Positions 47,395 to 57,553 of a DNA stretch of 64,000 nucleotides are shown piece after piece. The stretch is from contig CAWKAJ010000001.1 in assembly GCA_963847595.1 (NCBI GenBank), positions 759,263 to 823,262 on the forward strand. Direction: 5' to 3'. The notes below the pieces were generated by a model. That model made no database searches. It was not told where the DNA came from and was given only the letters and a program-made list of their open reading frames with translations. The stretch comes from an uncultured Chloroflexia bacterium (GTDB taxonomy: Bacteria; Chloroflexota; Dehalococcoidia; SZUA-161). Every line of letters starts with the position of its first letter. Positions within the stretch are counted from its first letter, which is position 1. A program made the position numbers and the translations under genes.

Positions 47395-48067
47395 ATTTAT
47401 AACCCACCCCCCGTACCGTTATTACATACCGGGGATGGTCGGGGTCGGTCTCCACCTTCTTGCGCAGGTTCTTGATATGGCTGTCTATGGTGCGTTCATA
47501 ACCTTCGTAGGCACTCCCTTGAGCCTTGTCCAGCAACTGCATGCGGCTATAAACACGGCCAGGCGCTTCAGCTAGCACTCTGAGAAGTTCAAATTCAGTA
47601 AGCGTCAGTTCCACGAGCCTCTCACCCTGCCTAACTTCATGCCTTTCCAGGTCAATGCTCAGGTCTGCGATCTCTATCTTTTTCGCTTTAGCTGCTGCGC
47701 CCTCCGCACGGCGCAGGACCGCCCTTACCCTTGACACCAGCTCCTTCGGATTGAAAGGCTTGACCACATAGTCATCCGCGCCTAACTCAAGTCCCACTAT
47801 CTTATCGGAATCGTCGCCAAGGGCTGTCAGCATGATAATAGGCACATTCGACTCAGTGCGCAGGGTGCGGCACACATCCCACCCCGACACCTCAGGAAGC
47901 ATCAGGTCTAGAACGATAAGGTCAGGTGACTCGCTCCTCGCCATATGGAGAGCCAGCCTCCCATCATAAGCGACAATGACCTTATAGCCATCCCTTTCGA
48001 GATAGGCTTTCACGATATCAACTATCTTTTTCTCGTCATCTACCACGAGGATTTTTTTGTGTGCCAT
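47372..48067 (-). CDS. OmpR/PhoB-type response regulator
   Basis: Receiver domain (DD...D...K) plus a winged-helix output domain (TVRGVGYKF). Confidence 0.9.
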   Translation of the reverse strand: MAHKKILVVDDEKKIVDIVKAYLERDGYKVIVAYDGRLALHMARSESPDLIVLDLMLPEVSGWDVCRTLRTESNVPIIMLTALGDDSDKIVGLELGADDYVVKPFNPKELVSRVRAVLRRAEGAAAKAKKIEIADLSIDLERHEVRQGERLVELTLTEFELLRVLAEAPGRVYSRMQLLDKAQGSAYEGYERTIDSHIKNLRKKVETDPDHPRYVITVRGVGYKFGEVKGA

Positions 48068-48139
48068 AAGCGGACCCTGCGCAATCCAACCTTCTTAAAT
48101 ATTGATTCTCACTTCCCCGAAAATAATTGTCAAATGATT

Positions 48140-48179
48140 GAGCGAAGGGGCGACCTAAATTCGAGGCGTCCCTTCGCTC
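48140..48179 (-). terminator. Hairpin GAGCGAAGGG...CCCTTCGCTC after the MacAB-type operon
   Basis: 10-bp perfect stem 33 nt downstream of the 48212 gene end. A TTGACA-N17-GAGAAT promoter-like sequence follows, in front of the RR/HK genes. Confidence 0.45.
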
Positions 48180-48211
48180 CCCATTAGCCCTTACCTAAAT
48201 CAGCAAGACAC

Positions 48212-48712
48212 TTACTGGCTCGATGCGCCTCCTCCGAAAGAAGGCAAGGTAAAACCAGAGATTATGGTTATACTCCTGGCCTCGATAGAGCCGTCTGCAT
48301 TCGTATTGCCCGAAACAGTGATATTCTCGCCAAGCGAGATATCCCCCAGGCTGCCCTCGCTCATCTTCTGTATGGAAGTGCTGTTACCGATGTCAACCAG
48401 AACAGTAGTGCCCGTACGAGTGTTGAGTGTTACTATATTACCTTCAACCTTCTCCACTGTGCCTATTGTAGTTCCATTGCCCGAAGAAATTCCTGTGTAG
48501 TTCCCTGGCAACCGGAAATTTCCCTGCCCCGTGGTACCACTCCCCAGCCCCGTGGTAGAAGAGGACTGGCCTATCTGGCTGACCAATGTCTGGCGGGCTT
48601 CTGACTTGCCCTGGCTCTTGCCAATGGCTACTCCTCCTGCCAGCGCACCGCCGATAGCACTGCCCAAGATGACCGCCACCACCAGCAAGGTTACAAAAGA
48701 TTTCGTTTTCAT
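48212..48712 (-). CDS. Secreted Gly/Ser/Thr-rich protein (DUF5666-like)
   Basis: N-terminal TM/signal. GTVEKVEGNIVTLNT...ITVSGNTNADGSIEARSITI. Confidence 0.6.
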   Translation of the reverse strand: MKTKSFVTLLVVAVILGSAIGGALAGGVAIGKSQGKSEARQTLVSQIGQSSSTTGLGSGTTGQGNFRLPGNYTGISSGNGTTIGTVEKVEGNIVTLNTRTGTTVLVDIGNSTSIQKMSEGSLGDISLGENITVSGNTNADGSIEARSITIISGFTLPSFGGGASSQ

Positions 48713-48724
48713 GGTTATCCTCCC

Positions 48725-49975
48725 TTATTCATAGCGCAACGCTTCGATAGGTTTGAGACGGGCAGCCCGGTAAGCTGGGTAGAGCCCGAAGAGTATCCCT
48801 ATAGCTGCTGAAACGCATACCGCCAGAATGGGTATGTCAGCAGATATCACCGTATGAATTGTCTGCCCGCCCACAGTCACCCCGGAGATGAGGCTTGAGA
48901 TACCCCAGCCCACAAGCACACCAATCGCGCCGCCGATCAGGCTCATCAAAGCAGCCTCTATCAAAAATTGAAGCAGGATGTTGCCCCGCTTGGCGCCCAA
49001 TGCCTTGCGGATGCCTATCTCCCGCGTACGTTCCGTGACAGACACCAGCATGATATTCATGATGCCGATGCCCCCCACCAGGAGGGAGATGCCGGCGATA
49101 GCACCTAACAGGATAACCCACACCTGAGTGGAGTTCTGCAGGCTTTGTATCAAACTATTTTGGCTGGTGATAGTGAAATCGTCCTGGCTATTTGTGATAT
49201 TGTGCCGCTGCTCCAGGAGAGAAGTTATCTGCTGGGTAGCAGCGTTAACCTGATTAGCGTTTACCACCTGGACACTAATAGTCGAAACGTTACGCGCTCC
49301 GGTAGCAGTTCTCGACGAAGATAAGCGGTACATCACACTGGTTATGGGGGCCATGACTACATCGTCCTGAGAGCCTAAACCTGTACTCCCCTTAGTCTGC
49401 AACACCCCTATCACCGTGAATCGCAGCCCGTTTATCATGACATATTGACCCACAGGGCTCGTATCCGGGAATAGAGTATCCGCCACACTGCTGCCCAGCA
49501 CTGCTACCATTGAGTTGGCCTCTACTTGCGCATCTGAGATAAAGTCACCTTCTGCCACCTGGTAGTCGCGCACGGACTGGTAATCCGGCGTCACGCCGAT
49601 AATCTCAGTTCGTGCGTTCTCGCTCCCGGCCACCACCTGGGCAAAGCTGTCAACCTCAGGGGCCACCGCCGCCACAGAAGGAGCCAGACTCGAGTCGGCG
49701 GCCAGTGCGTTGGCATCCGCCAGGGTCAATGTGGCAGCGCTCCCCTGCGCCCCCCGTACCACTCCCGTGGAGCTTGCGCCCGGGCGAACGAAGAGCAAAT
49801 TGGTGCCCAGCGATTCGATATTGGAGGTTATGGCTGACTGAGAGCCTTGACCTATAGACATCAATGCTATCACGGCAGCTACTCCAATGATTATGCCCAG
49901 CACTGTCAGGGAAGAGCGCATCTTGTTAGTGGTCAGCGCCGTTAAAGCCGTACGTACCGTCCTTGCCAGATTCAT
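48725..49975 (-). CDS. MacB-like ABC transporter permease (FtsX domain)
   Basis: N-terminal TM, large periplasmic domain and a C-terminal FtsX 3-TM bundle. ATG at 49975. Confidence 0.9.
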   Translation of the reverse strand: MNLARTVRTALTALTTNKMRSSLTVLGIIIGVAAVIALMSIGQGSQSAITSNIESLGTNLLFVRPGASSTGVVRGAQGSAATLTLADANALAADSSLAPSVAAVAPEVDSFAQVVAGSENARTEIIGVTPDYQSVRDYQVAEGDFISDAQVEANSMVAVLGSSVADTLFPDTSPVGQYVMINGLRFTVIGVLQTKGSTGLGSQDDVVMAPITSVMYRLSSSRTATGARNVSTISVQVVNANQVNAATQQITSLLEQRHNITNSQDDFTITSQNSLIQSLQNSTQVWVILLGAIAGISLLVGGIGIMNIMLVSVTERTREIGIRKALGAKRGNILLQFLIEAALMSLIGGAIGVLVGWGISSLISGVTVGGQTIHTVISADIPILAVCVSAAIGILFGLYPAYRAARLKPIEALRYE

Positions 49976-49988
49976 TGTCCTCGCCTCA

Positions 49989-50708
49989 TCATGAAAGTTT
50001 CCCTGCCCCACCTTGCACGGCCAACTGTCCCTCAACAATCTGGCCATCTCTGAGGAAGATAATGCGCTGCGTGTGGGCTGCTATTCCCTGTTCATGAGTC
50101 ACCACCACTACAGTGATGCCGTCCTTTTTGTTGAGTTCCTCCAGGATAGCTATGATGTCCAAGCTCGACTTGCTGTCCAGATTGCCAGTCGGCTCATCAG
50201 CAAGTATGATGGCAGGACTGTTGACCAGAGCCCGGGCAATGGCTACCCTCTGCTGCTCGCCGCCGGAAAGCTCATTCGGCTTGTGGGTGGCCCGGTGGCT
50301 CATGCCTACCCTCTCCAAAGCCTCCAGCGCCAGCTTTTTGCTGTTGCTCTTGTTGCTATAGAGCAGTGGCAACTCCACATTGGCCACGGCTGAGGTACGA
50401 GCCAGCAGGTTAAAGTTCTGAAACACAAAACCGATCTTCCTGTTCCTGACGTCAGCCAGTTGCGAGTCGGAGAGCCTGCTCACCTCAACCCCATCGAGCG
50501 AATAGCTGCCTGAGGTGGGTACATCGAGACAGCCCAGGATGTTCATAAGAGTTGACTTGCCGCACCCGGAGGGGCCCATGATAGCCACCATCTCACCCTT
50601 TGCGATGCTACAGCTCAATCCGCGCAGTGCCTGAACCTCTACCTGGCCGCCTATCTGGTATGTCTTAACGATGTCCTTGAGTTCAATTATGTTCTTGAGT
50701 TCAATCAT
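49989..50708 (-). CDS. ABC transporter ATP-binding protein (MacB/LolD type)
   Basis: [24 protein letters not shown] and [14 protein letters not shown] at 50708 follows AGGTGGA. Confidence 0.9.
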   Translation of the reverse strand: MIELKNIIELKDIVKTYQIGGQVEVQALRGLSCSIAKGEMVAIMGPSGCGKSTLMNILGCLDVPTSGSYSLDGVEVSRLSDSQLADVRNRKIGFVFQNFNLLARTSAVANVELPLLYSNKSNSKKLALEALERVGMSHRATHKPNELSGGEQQRVAIARALVNSPAIILADEPTGNLDSKSSLDIIAILEELNKKDGITVVVVTHEQGIAAHTQRIIFLRDGQIVEGQLAVQGGAGKLS

Positions 50709-50718
50709 ATTTATCCAC

Positions 50719-52158
50719 CTAGCGTCCAATGAATACCGCGCCCCCGCCACCAAAACCACCTAGCCCCAAACCTCCCCGTAAAGTGCTGCTGGAAGTGCTA
50801 CTAGACGTGCTGGTGGAGGTAACCACTACCATATCACCTGCGTTGAGCCCCGACACCACCTCGGTCGACGTGCCATTGCTGGAACCCAGCTTGACCGCTC
50901 TCACCTCGGGCACACCGTTAACCATCACCGTTACCGTAGGGTTAGTGGAGCTGCTGCCGCTGATAGCCGTCGAGGCTACCAGCAGGACATTGTCTACCTC
51001 TTGAGTCGTAATGGTAGCTGTAGCGCTCATCCCTTGCCGCAACTGAACCCCTGAAGGTACGGTCAAGTTAATGGTGACCGGGTATGACACCACTCCAGAC
51101 TGGGAATTTCCCAGGATTGAAATAGTGGAGACCACCCCGGAAAACTCATCGTTCGGCAGGGCATCCAGAGATACGGCCACCTTCTGCCCCACCTGCATCT
51201 GCGGGACATCGATCTCATCCACAGTGGCGCTCACTTCGACATCAGACGGGTCTACTATCACAATGGCAACCGTACCGGCATTCACCGTCTGCCCCGCCAC
51301 AATATTTACCGCAGTCACGATACCATCGAATGGAGCCACCATGGTAGCGTTCCCCGGTGTTGCCAGCGCCTCATCGAGGGCAGCCTGAGCACTTGCCACC
51401 TGCTGCTGTTTCAACTCCAGGTCCGGAGAGCCTGGCCCCGCGTTCGTCAGCGCCTGTTCGGCTGCAGTCAGGTTGTCCTGGGCATCGGCCACAGCCTTAT
51501 CCGCGTTCTGCTGGGCAATCTCAAGATTAAGGTTCGCTGTCTGTAACTGTATCGCTGCATTTTGCAAATCCCCAGCAGTGATACTTCCACTCATGAACCG
51601 CGTCAGGCTATTATTGTAATTTTGGGTGGCAGTGTCCACCGCATACTGCGCGTTGGCAATATTGAGAGGCCCCTGGGTCTGAGCATTAGAAAGCTGCTGC
51701 TGCGCTTCCTCCACAGCCCGTTGGGCATCGGCAACGCCCTGTGTCTGTGCGTTCTGCAGAGCGTCCTGTGCATCCCTCAGGGCGATTTTGTCGCTGGTCA
51801 CCGACTCCTGCCAAGATAGAATGGTTGCGTTATCGAGCTCGGCGAGTACATCACCTTGCTTAACGGAATCGCCTACCCCTGCATTCACCTCCTGCACAGT
51901 GCCCGCACTGCCGAAAGTGAGATCATCTATATTGGCGAAAACCAGGCTGCCGCTGGCGCTCACCGAGTTGGTCAGGTTTCCATACTGTACTCGCACAAGT
52001 CGGGCGTTAGCCGGAAGCGATGACGATGAGGTACTGGCGCTGCTGGCTCGGCCGTAGGCGCCGTAGAACCCCCCAACGATACCACAGACTATCAACAGCA
52101 GCACCACCACCTGCCATGCTTTCAACGTTATAAATATCTTAAGCATCTTTCCCTCCAC
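50719..52158 (-). CDS. HlyD/MacA-like periplasmic adaptor (membrane fusion) protein
   Basis: N-terminal TM, a lipoyl-like domain, a long coiled-coil hairpin, a beta-barrel, and a Ser/Thr/Gly-rich tail. Confidence 0.85.
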   Translation of the reverse strand: MEGKMLKIFITLKAWQVVVLLLIVCGIVGGFYGAYGRASSASTSSSSLPANARLVRVQYGNLTNSVSASGSLVFANIDDLTFGSAGTVQEVNAGVGDSVKQGDVLAELDNATILSWQESVTSDKIALRDAQDALQNAQTQGVADAQRAVEEAQQQLSNAQTQGPLNIANAQYAVDTATQNYNNSLTRFMSGSITAGDLQNAAIQLQTANLNLEIAQQNADKAVADAQDNLTAAEQALTNAGPGSPDLELKQQQVASAQAALDEALATPGNATMVAPFDGIVTAVNIVAGQTVNAGTVAIVIVDPSDVEVSATVDEIDVPQMQVGQKVAVSLDALPNDEFSGVVSTISILGNSQSGVVSYPVTINLTVPSGVQLRQGMSATATITTQEVDNVLLVASTAISGSSSTNPTVTVMVNGVPEVRAVKLGSSNGTSTEVVSGLNAGDMVVVTSTSTSSSTSSSTLRGGLGLGGFGGGGAVFIGR

Positions 52159-52443
52159 AATTGCTAAACAAACAATTTATCTCGTATTATGCAACCCTTA
52201 TATGGAGATATTATGGATAAATTACGTTTTTCTAATGTAATTATGCTCTCGCCTTAGTAACCGAGCGGTGTTTCACCCGCCAGATTGTATTTGCTGAAGG
52301 TGGGACAACCTTCCGCAGATGCAGCCCAAATTCCCCGCAATGAAAAATACCTTCGAGCTTGAGACCTGTGCCATTTCGCCCCCTCCCCACCGCCTCCATT
52401 GGCTTCTTAGCGATTTTACCCTTATAGTAAATAATTGAGTATT

Positions 52444-52491
52444 AAGAAGTCATAAAATTTGGCGGGGAAAAATCATAAACTTGTAACATTT
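52444..52491 (+). promoter_or_regulatory. Bipartite intergenic motif, copy D
   Basis: AAGAAGTCATAAAAT-N27-ACATTT. Lies between the terminator at 52566-52600 and the operon start at 52158. Confidence 0.5.
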
Positions 52492-52565
52492 CTGGAGGAT
52501 GGCCGCTCAGTCCCATCTGGTGGAGCAGATAGCTTCACACTTTCCACTGGACTGCGGGGGAAAAT

Positions 52566-52600
52566 CTAGGGGGCATCCGCCTCGGGCGGATGCCCCCTAG
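52566..52600 (-). terminator. Intrinsic terminator (16-bp perfect stem CTAGGGGGCATCCGCC/GGCGGATGCCCCCTAG, then ATTTT on the minus strand)
   Basis: Lies 30 nt downstream of the 52630 gene end. Confidence 0.75.
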
Positions 52601-52629
52601 ATAAGCTGTTCGCTGTTTTCCTAAATGCC

Positions 52630-53841
52630 TTAGCTTGCCCAGATTGCGTCTATTATCTTTGTCCTTATCATGCGGAACGCGGGGATGAATGCCGAGACTG
52701 CGGCGACGCCGCACAGTATCAACGCCGAGGATATGAGATATGGGATATTCACCGGCAGGAATACGTCCCCAAATGGGAAGTGGAAAGGATAATGTGCCTC
52801 CAGGGGCACAACGCCGTATCTGAATATCAAAGCTGCTGCAAGTATTCCCACAATCGCGTAGACAATGGCACGAAAGATGTAAGAGGTTACTATCGAAGAC
52901 CCTGTTATGCCGATAGCGCGCTGTATACCGATTTGCCTTCGCTTGTTCACCAGGTCAACGTACGTAATGATGAAGATTGTGATCGCTGCCACAATAAAAG
53001 CAGTCGCCCGTAGTATGACAATTATCTGCTTAAAGCTGTCTGTCATGCTTCTCAGAAACCCTTCATAATCCTCCCAGGTCTGAAACTTCAGTCCTGGCCT
53101 AACGCCATTTATTTCCTCTATCACCGATTCCAGCTTAACGTTATCTTGAGTCTTCACATGTATGAAGGACGCCTTATCCTCCATCAAGGGGTTCATGGCA
53201 TTGAACTCTTTTTCGGTTATGTACGCTCTCACATCGCCCTGAGTCAATTCAGTATAGAATATGCCCTTCACTGTATATTCCTTCTGCACACCGCCTACAT
53301 AATTGACTGATACTCGGTCCCCCGCATGGACAGACTTGAGAGAACTTGAATAAAGCGCGAGGTCCTTCCGGTCGCTTCCGGCAATCTGAACGCCCAGAAG
53401 AATCTGGTCGGTGTCTTCCGGAGCCAGATAGCTGCCCTCAATTATGTCCTGCGAGATCTGAAACACTTTGCTGTCCTGGTCCGGATCAATGGCGTAGACC
53501 ACAGTTGTAGCGCGCTCTCCTTCATAACTGATGTCAGCCCCTAGGCTATTACGTGCACATGCCGCACTAACTCCATTTAGAGACTCGATCTGGGAAACAA
53601 GCTCGCTTGCATTACCTATGGCCAGTGCTTCCCCCGCAGGCTGCACCACAACATCCCCTGACATAGTATTTATGGTTTTATCGTTGACGGTTTCCACAGC
53701 TCCATCGAGAAGAGCAGGTGTGAAAAGGAGATTGAGGTATACCAGGATCAACATAGCGATAGTGAGCAGAAGAACCCTGACATTTCCTCTTGCTATGGAC
53801 TTGATCGCCAGGAAAGTTGCTACTTTAAGCGAGTTCATCAC
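52630..53841 (-). CDS. ABC transporter permease (FtsX-like)
   Basis: TM1, an extracytoplasmic domain and a C-terminal 3-TM FtsX bundle. Confidence 0.85.
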   Translation of the reverse strand: MMNSLKVATFLAIKSIARGNVRVLLLTIAMLILVYLNLLFTPALLDGAVETVNDKTINTMSGDVVVQPAGEALAIGNASELVSQIESLNGVSAACARNSLGADISYEGERATTVVYAIDPDQDSKVFQISQDIIEGSYLAPEDTDQILLGVQIAGSDRKDLALYSSSLKSVHAGDRVSVNYVGGVQKEYTVKGIFYTELTQGDVRAYITEKEFNAMNPLMEDKASFIHVKTQDNVKLESVIEEINGVRPGLKFQTWEDYEGFLRSMTDSFKQIIVILRATAFIVAAITIFIITYVDLVNKRRQIGIQRAIGITGSSIVTSYIFRAIVYAIVGILAAALIFRYGVVPLEAHYPFHFPFGDVFLPVNIPYLISSALILCGVAAVSAFIPAFRMIRTKIIDAIWAS

Positions 53842-53864
53842 AATCCTGCAGACTTAAACTGCCT

Positions 53865-54539
53865 CTAGATATATTCCGGAACCTGCCTGCCATCCTTCAG
53901 AAAGACGAATCTATTAGCGTACTTCTTATCATCAGGGTCATGCGAGACGAAGACAATCGTTACCCCCAATTCTTTGTTAAGTCTCACAAGCGTCCCCATT
54001 ACCCGCTCTGATGACAGGGTATCGAGATTGGCACAGGGTTCATCAGCAAATAAAATGCGCGGATCGTTAATCAGAGCCCTGGCGATAGCCACCCTTTGCT
54101 GCTCACCCCCTGAAAGCTCCTTGGGCTTATGGTGCATGCGTTCCTTTAACCCCACTATGTCCAGCAATTCCTCTGCCCTGTTCCTGTAATCGGCTGCCTT
54201 AACGCCCAGCATCATACCGGGGAGATAGACATTCTCACGAGCAGTCATTTCTGCAAGAAGCGCAAATTCCTGGAATATATAACCCAGATACGTCAGTCGC
54301 AGCCTCGACCTCGCCCCATCTGAAAGCCTGGTTACATCGCTGCCGTCGAGGAATATCTGGCCGGAGGTAGGACGGTCGATAAGCCCGAGCTGTCTCAACA
54401 GGGTTGACTTGCCTGAGCCACTCTTGCCCATTATGCAGGTTACATCACCGGTCTCTATCCCCAGTGACACGTCGACCAGGGCTTTTACTTCAACGTTTCC
54501 CAGTTTATATATTCTGGTCAGATTCTTTACATTGATCAT
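53865..54539 (-). CDS. ABC transporter ATP-binding protein
   Basis: [24 protein letters not shown] and LFADEP. ATG at 54539. Confidence 0.9.
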   Translation of the reverse strand: MINVKNLTRIYKLGNVEVKALVDVSLGIETGDVTCIMGKSGSGKSTLLRQLGLIDRPTSGQIFLDGSDVTRLSDGARSRLRLTYLGYIFQEFALLAEMTARENVYLPGMMLGVKAADYRNRAEELLDIVGLKERMHHKPKELSGGEQQRVAIARALINDPRILFADEPCANLDTLSSERVMGTLVRLNKELGVTIVFVSHDPDDKKYANRFVFLKDGRQVPEYI

Positions 54540-54642
54540 GTTATCCAGACCATTCTCTACACAAATCGGGTAGGTCGGAGCAACTTCCCCCACCTACCCA
54601 CAAATAAACCCCCACTGCCAATAAGGGAATCACCCAGTCTCT

Positions 54643-55158
54643 TTAAAAACCTACCTTCTCAATACGCTCGAAGGGCACCTCCACAGATACAGGCCCGATT
54701 CCTATCCATGCCGAGCCCGCCACCTTCAGAGTAACCGAGCCCCCTTGATTATACATCTCGTACAACGCCGCTACGGCCGGGAGAGTCCCTATTTGGTTTA
54801 TTATATCAAAGTTGGTCGAGCTGCTGGCTTTGATAGTGACGTCCTCCGTTCTATCCGCACTGCCTAATTGCACCCACTTGCCATCTTCCTCGAAATAGAT
54901 TACATAGGCAATCCTGTGCAGGACAGCACCAATCCGGTTCGAATTGTGCACACTAACCGTGACATCCACTGTCACCGTAGTCAGACTGATGCCTTTAAAG
55001 CTGATGCCCACAACGTTCACATCCGCCGTAGCTGCTTTGTTCGCCAGCCATTCCTTGCAACTCCGTACACCCGTGACAGCAAGCACGATACCGCATACCA
55101 CCAGAATGATGGCTATGACTAGAAGCCACTTGCGAGCACAGCTTTTCGATACCCTCAA
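54643..55158 (-). CDS. LEA type 2 (NDR1/HIN1, water-stress-like) domain membrane-anchored protein
   Basis: N-terminal TM, then a beta-sandwich-like VTVDVTVSVHNSNRIGAVLHRIAYVIY pattern. Confidence 0.6.
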   Translation of the reverse strand: MRVSKSCARKWLLVIAIILVVCGIVLAVTGVRSCKEWLANKAATADVNVVGISFKGISLTTVTVDVTVSVHNSNRIGAVLHRIAYVIYFEEDGKWVQLGSADRTEDVTIKASSSTNFDIINQIGTLPAVAALYEMYNQGGSVTLKVAGSAWIGIGPVSVEVPFERIEKVGF

Positions 55159-55296
55159 ACGATCCCTCGTGCGCTACATTATATACAACGAAGTGGAGAA
55201 CAAAAAGTTAGGAGGCGTTCTGAAAATGGCGCAAAAGCTCAAGACGTGATTTGAGCTTCTTAACAGTGCCTGAAGCATAGCACAGTGCGGCAGGCT

Positions 55297-56667
55297 TTAT
55301 GCCCAGGGAGGCTCTTTGCAATCGGCACTGGCAAAATAGTCATCGTCTAGTTGTCGCTGAGCCAGCCCTGACGCTACAGCGGCCCTGGCGACGGCGTGAG
55401 TCACTGCCAGATGCATCTTGGAGTCAAGGGCGCTGGGCACAAGCTCTCCCTCAGCCGCAGCGCCAGCGATGGCTAAGGTAGCAGCCTTGAGCATCTCGTA
55501 ATTTATCTTTTTGGCCCTGGCGTCCAGCGTACCGCGCCAAATTCCAGGATAACCAAGCAGGTTATTAACCGACCTGCCGTCAGCAGCCATAATTGCCCCC
55601 GATGCCCTTGCCGCTTCTGGAGTGATCTCCGGATACGGGTTCGATAGAGCGAATATTATCTGCCCTTTCCTCACCTTGTTTGGGTCTATCAGGCCTCTCA
55701 CCCCAGTGGTGGCGATCACAATGTCAGCCTTCTGCATGATTTCATCGAGGCTGGAGGGAATACCTCCTGCCTCCGCGTGACGTTTTATGCTGGCTTCGGT
55801 CCTCGCCGTGCCCATTGCGGGGTTCCCTGTGTACTGAAGCAGGAACTTACCGATAGAGAGGCCGGCTGCCCCCAGTCCAATGAGCCCGACCTTAGCCTCT
55901 TGTAGAGTAACCTTAGTGAGCCTGCAGGCATTTATCAAAGCTGCCAGCGTAACTACTGCCGTCCCCTTCTGGTCATCGTGCATAACAGGGATATCCAACT
56001 CTCGAGCAAGCCTGTCCTCAATGTAGAAGCATCTTGGCGATGCTATGTCTTCCAACTGGATGCCTCCGAATGTGGGGGCGATATGTTTCACCGTCTCCAC
56101 AATCTCGTCTGAGTCTTTAATGTTCAACAGTATCGGTATGCCGCTGACTCCTACCAGTTGCTGGAGCAGAGCAGCTTTCCCCTCCATGACCGGCATACCC
56201 GCCACCGCACCGATGTCCCCCAGTCCCAGTATCGCGGTCCCATCAGTGACAATAGCCACAGAATAAGGGATAGCGGTATAGGTATCCTTCCAGCTTGGCT
56301 GGCCCTCGATTAACCTGCACACTTGAGCCACACCTGGGGTATAGACTTTGCGAAGCGTGTCAAGCGAGGTGATGGGAACCGTGTTTATCATTTTAATCTT
56401 GCCGTTCTTGTGGAATTCGAGCACAGCATCCCTGACCTGCACAACCGAGACTTCTTTGAGCCTCGACACCTCGTTTATCACTTGCGAAAGTTGTTCTTCA
56501 TTCTCGGCATATACATCGATGTCTCGAATCGTATAATGCGGGCCTAAGTGCACTGTTGTTATATTCCCGATGTCCACCCCGACCTTACCAATGGTTGTAG
56601 CCAGTTTGCCCAGGGTGCCCGGGATATTAGCATTCTTGCAGCGTAAAGTCCTGACAATCTTCTCCAT
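55297..56667 (-). CDS. NAD(P)-dependent malic enzyme with an N-terminal ACT-like domain
   Basis: VYTPGVAQVC...DGTAILGLGDIGAVAGMPVMEGKAALL...GLGAAG. Confidence 0.9.
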   Translation of the reverse strand: MEKIVRTLRCKNANIPGTLGKLATTIGKVGVDIGNITTVHLGPHYTIRDIDVYAENEEQLSQVINEVSRLKEVSVVQVRDAVLEFHKNGKIKMINTVPITSLDTLRKVYTPGVAQVCRLIEGQPSWKDTYTAIPYSVAIVTDGTAILGLGDIGAVAGMPVMEGKAALLQQLVGVSGIPILLNIKDSDEIVETVKHIAPTFGGIQLEDIASPRCFYIEDRLARELDIPVMHDDQKGTAVVTLAALINACRLTKVTLQEAKVGLIGLGAAGLSIGKFLLQYTGNPAMGTARTEASIKRHAEAGGIPSSLDEIMQKADIVIATTGVRGLIDPNKVRKGQIIFALSNPYPEITPEAARASGAIMAADGRSVNNLLGYPGIWRGTLDARAKKINYEMLKAATLAIAGAAAEGELVPSALDSKMHLAVTHAVARAAVASGLAQRQLDDDYFASADCKEPPWA

Positions 56668-56771
56668 GAGTGCACCTCACAACTCCCGAATCGCAGGAGT
56701 CTCAACTGTCGCCAAAGATTATAGCACACCTGTACAGGCCGCACGCATTCCTAAAGACAAACTTCAGAAAA

Positions 56772-56830
56772 GGTCGTTCCGGAACTGGGGAGTCCCCCAA
56801 GACTAGGGGATTTAGGTGGTTGAAAAATGC
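56772..56830 (+). repeat. Triple-hairpin repeat, copy 6 (internally deleted; only the left flank, hairpin 3 and the tail remain)
   Basis: AACTGGGGAGT is joined directly to CCCCCAAGACTAGGGGATTTAGGTGGTTGAAAAA. Confidence 0.7.
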
Positions 56831-56903
56831 TCCTTGGCTATATGCGGTCATAATTATATAATGGTAAGTATGAAGATGAGCATATCGGGCGAGAGGAGCT
56901 TCG

Positions 56904-57542
56904 ATGACTGCCAATACTGAGAGCCTTCCTTTGTTTCTGGGCTCAGTCATCTTCCTCTCAGCCTCCGGGGTGATGATGCCAGGCCCGGTGACTGCGGTTA
57001 CGATTACCAAGGGGTCGCAGCGCAAATGGGCTGGCGTCCTGGTTGCCATAGGGCATGGCATTATCGAGATACCCCTGATTCTCCTTATCTACTTCGGGCT
57101 CGCCAGCTACTTTAAAATGCCGGAGGTGAAGATAGGTGTGGGTTTGGCTGGTGGGCTGATGCTCCTCTGGATGGCCTGGGGTATGTTCCGAACCAGGCCC
57201 ACAGCTCTGGATGAGAAAAAGGACACGCCCCATAGTTCCATAGTCGCGGGATTGGCGACGACCGCTGCCAGCCCTTACTTCTTCCTCTGGTGGGCCACCG
57301 TCGGCGCTGCACTCCTGGTAAGTGCCAGAACCTTCGGCAAGACGGGCATCATTGCTTTCGGTGCGGTGCACTGGTCCTTTGACCTCGTTTGGCTTTTCCT
57401 GCTCTCCTGGGTAGTCTTCAAATCGAAGAGGCTGTGGACGCCGAAGGTGACCGGCGTGATATTCGGCATTTGCGCAGCCGTTCTAGCCGGATTCGGAGCC
57501 TGGTTTATTTACTCCGGTATCAGCCTTGCCCTATCGTCTTAA
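56904..57542 (+). CDS. LysE family translocator
   Basis: ~210 aa with six TM segments and an N-terminal PGP motif region. Confidence 0.7.
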   Translation: MTANTESLPLFLGSVIFLSASGVMMPGPVTAVTITKGSQRKWAGVLVAIGHGIIEIPLILLIYFGLASYFKMPEVKIGVGLAGGLMLLWMAWGMFRTRPTALDEKKDTPHSSIVAGLATTAASPYFFLWWATVGAALLVSARTFGKTGIIAFGAVHWSFDLVWLFLLSWVVFKSKRLWTPKVTGVIFGICAAVLAGFGAWFIYSGISLALSS

Positions 57543-57553
57543 GTTAGGGGCAA

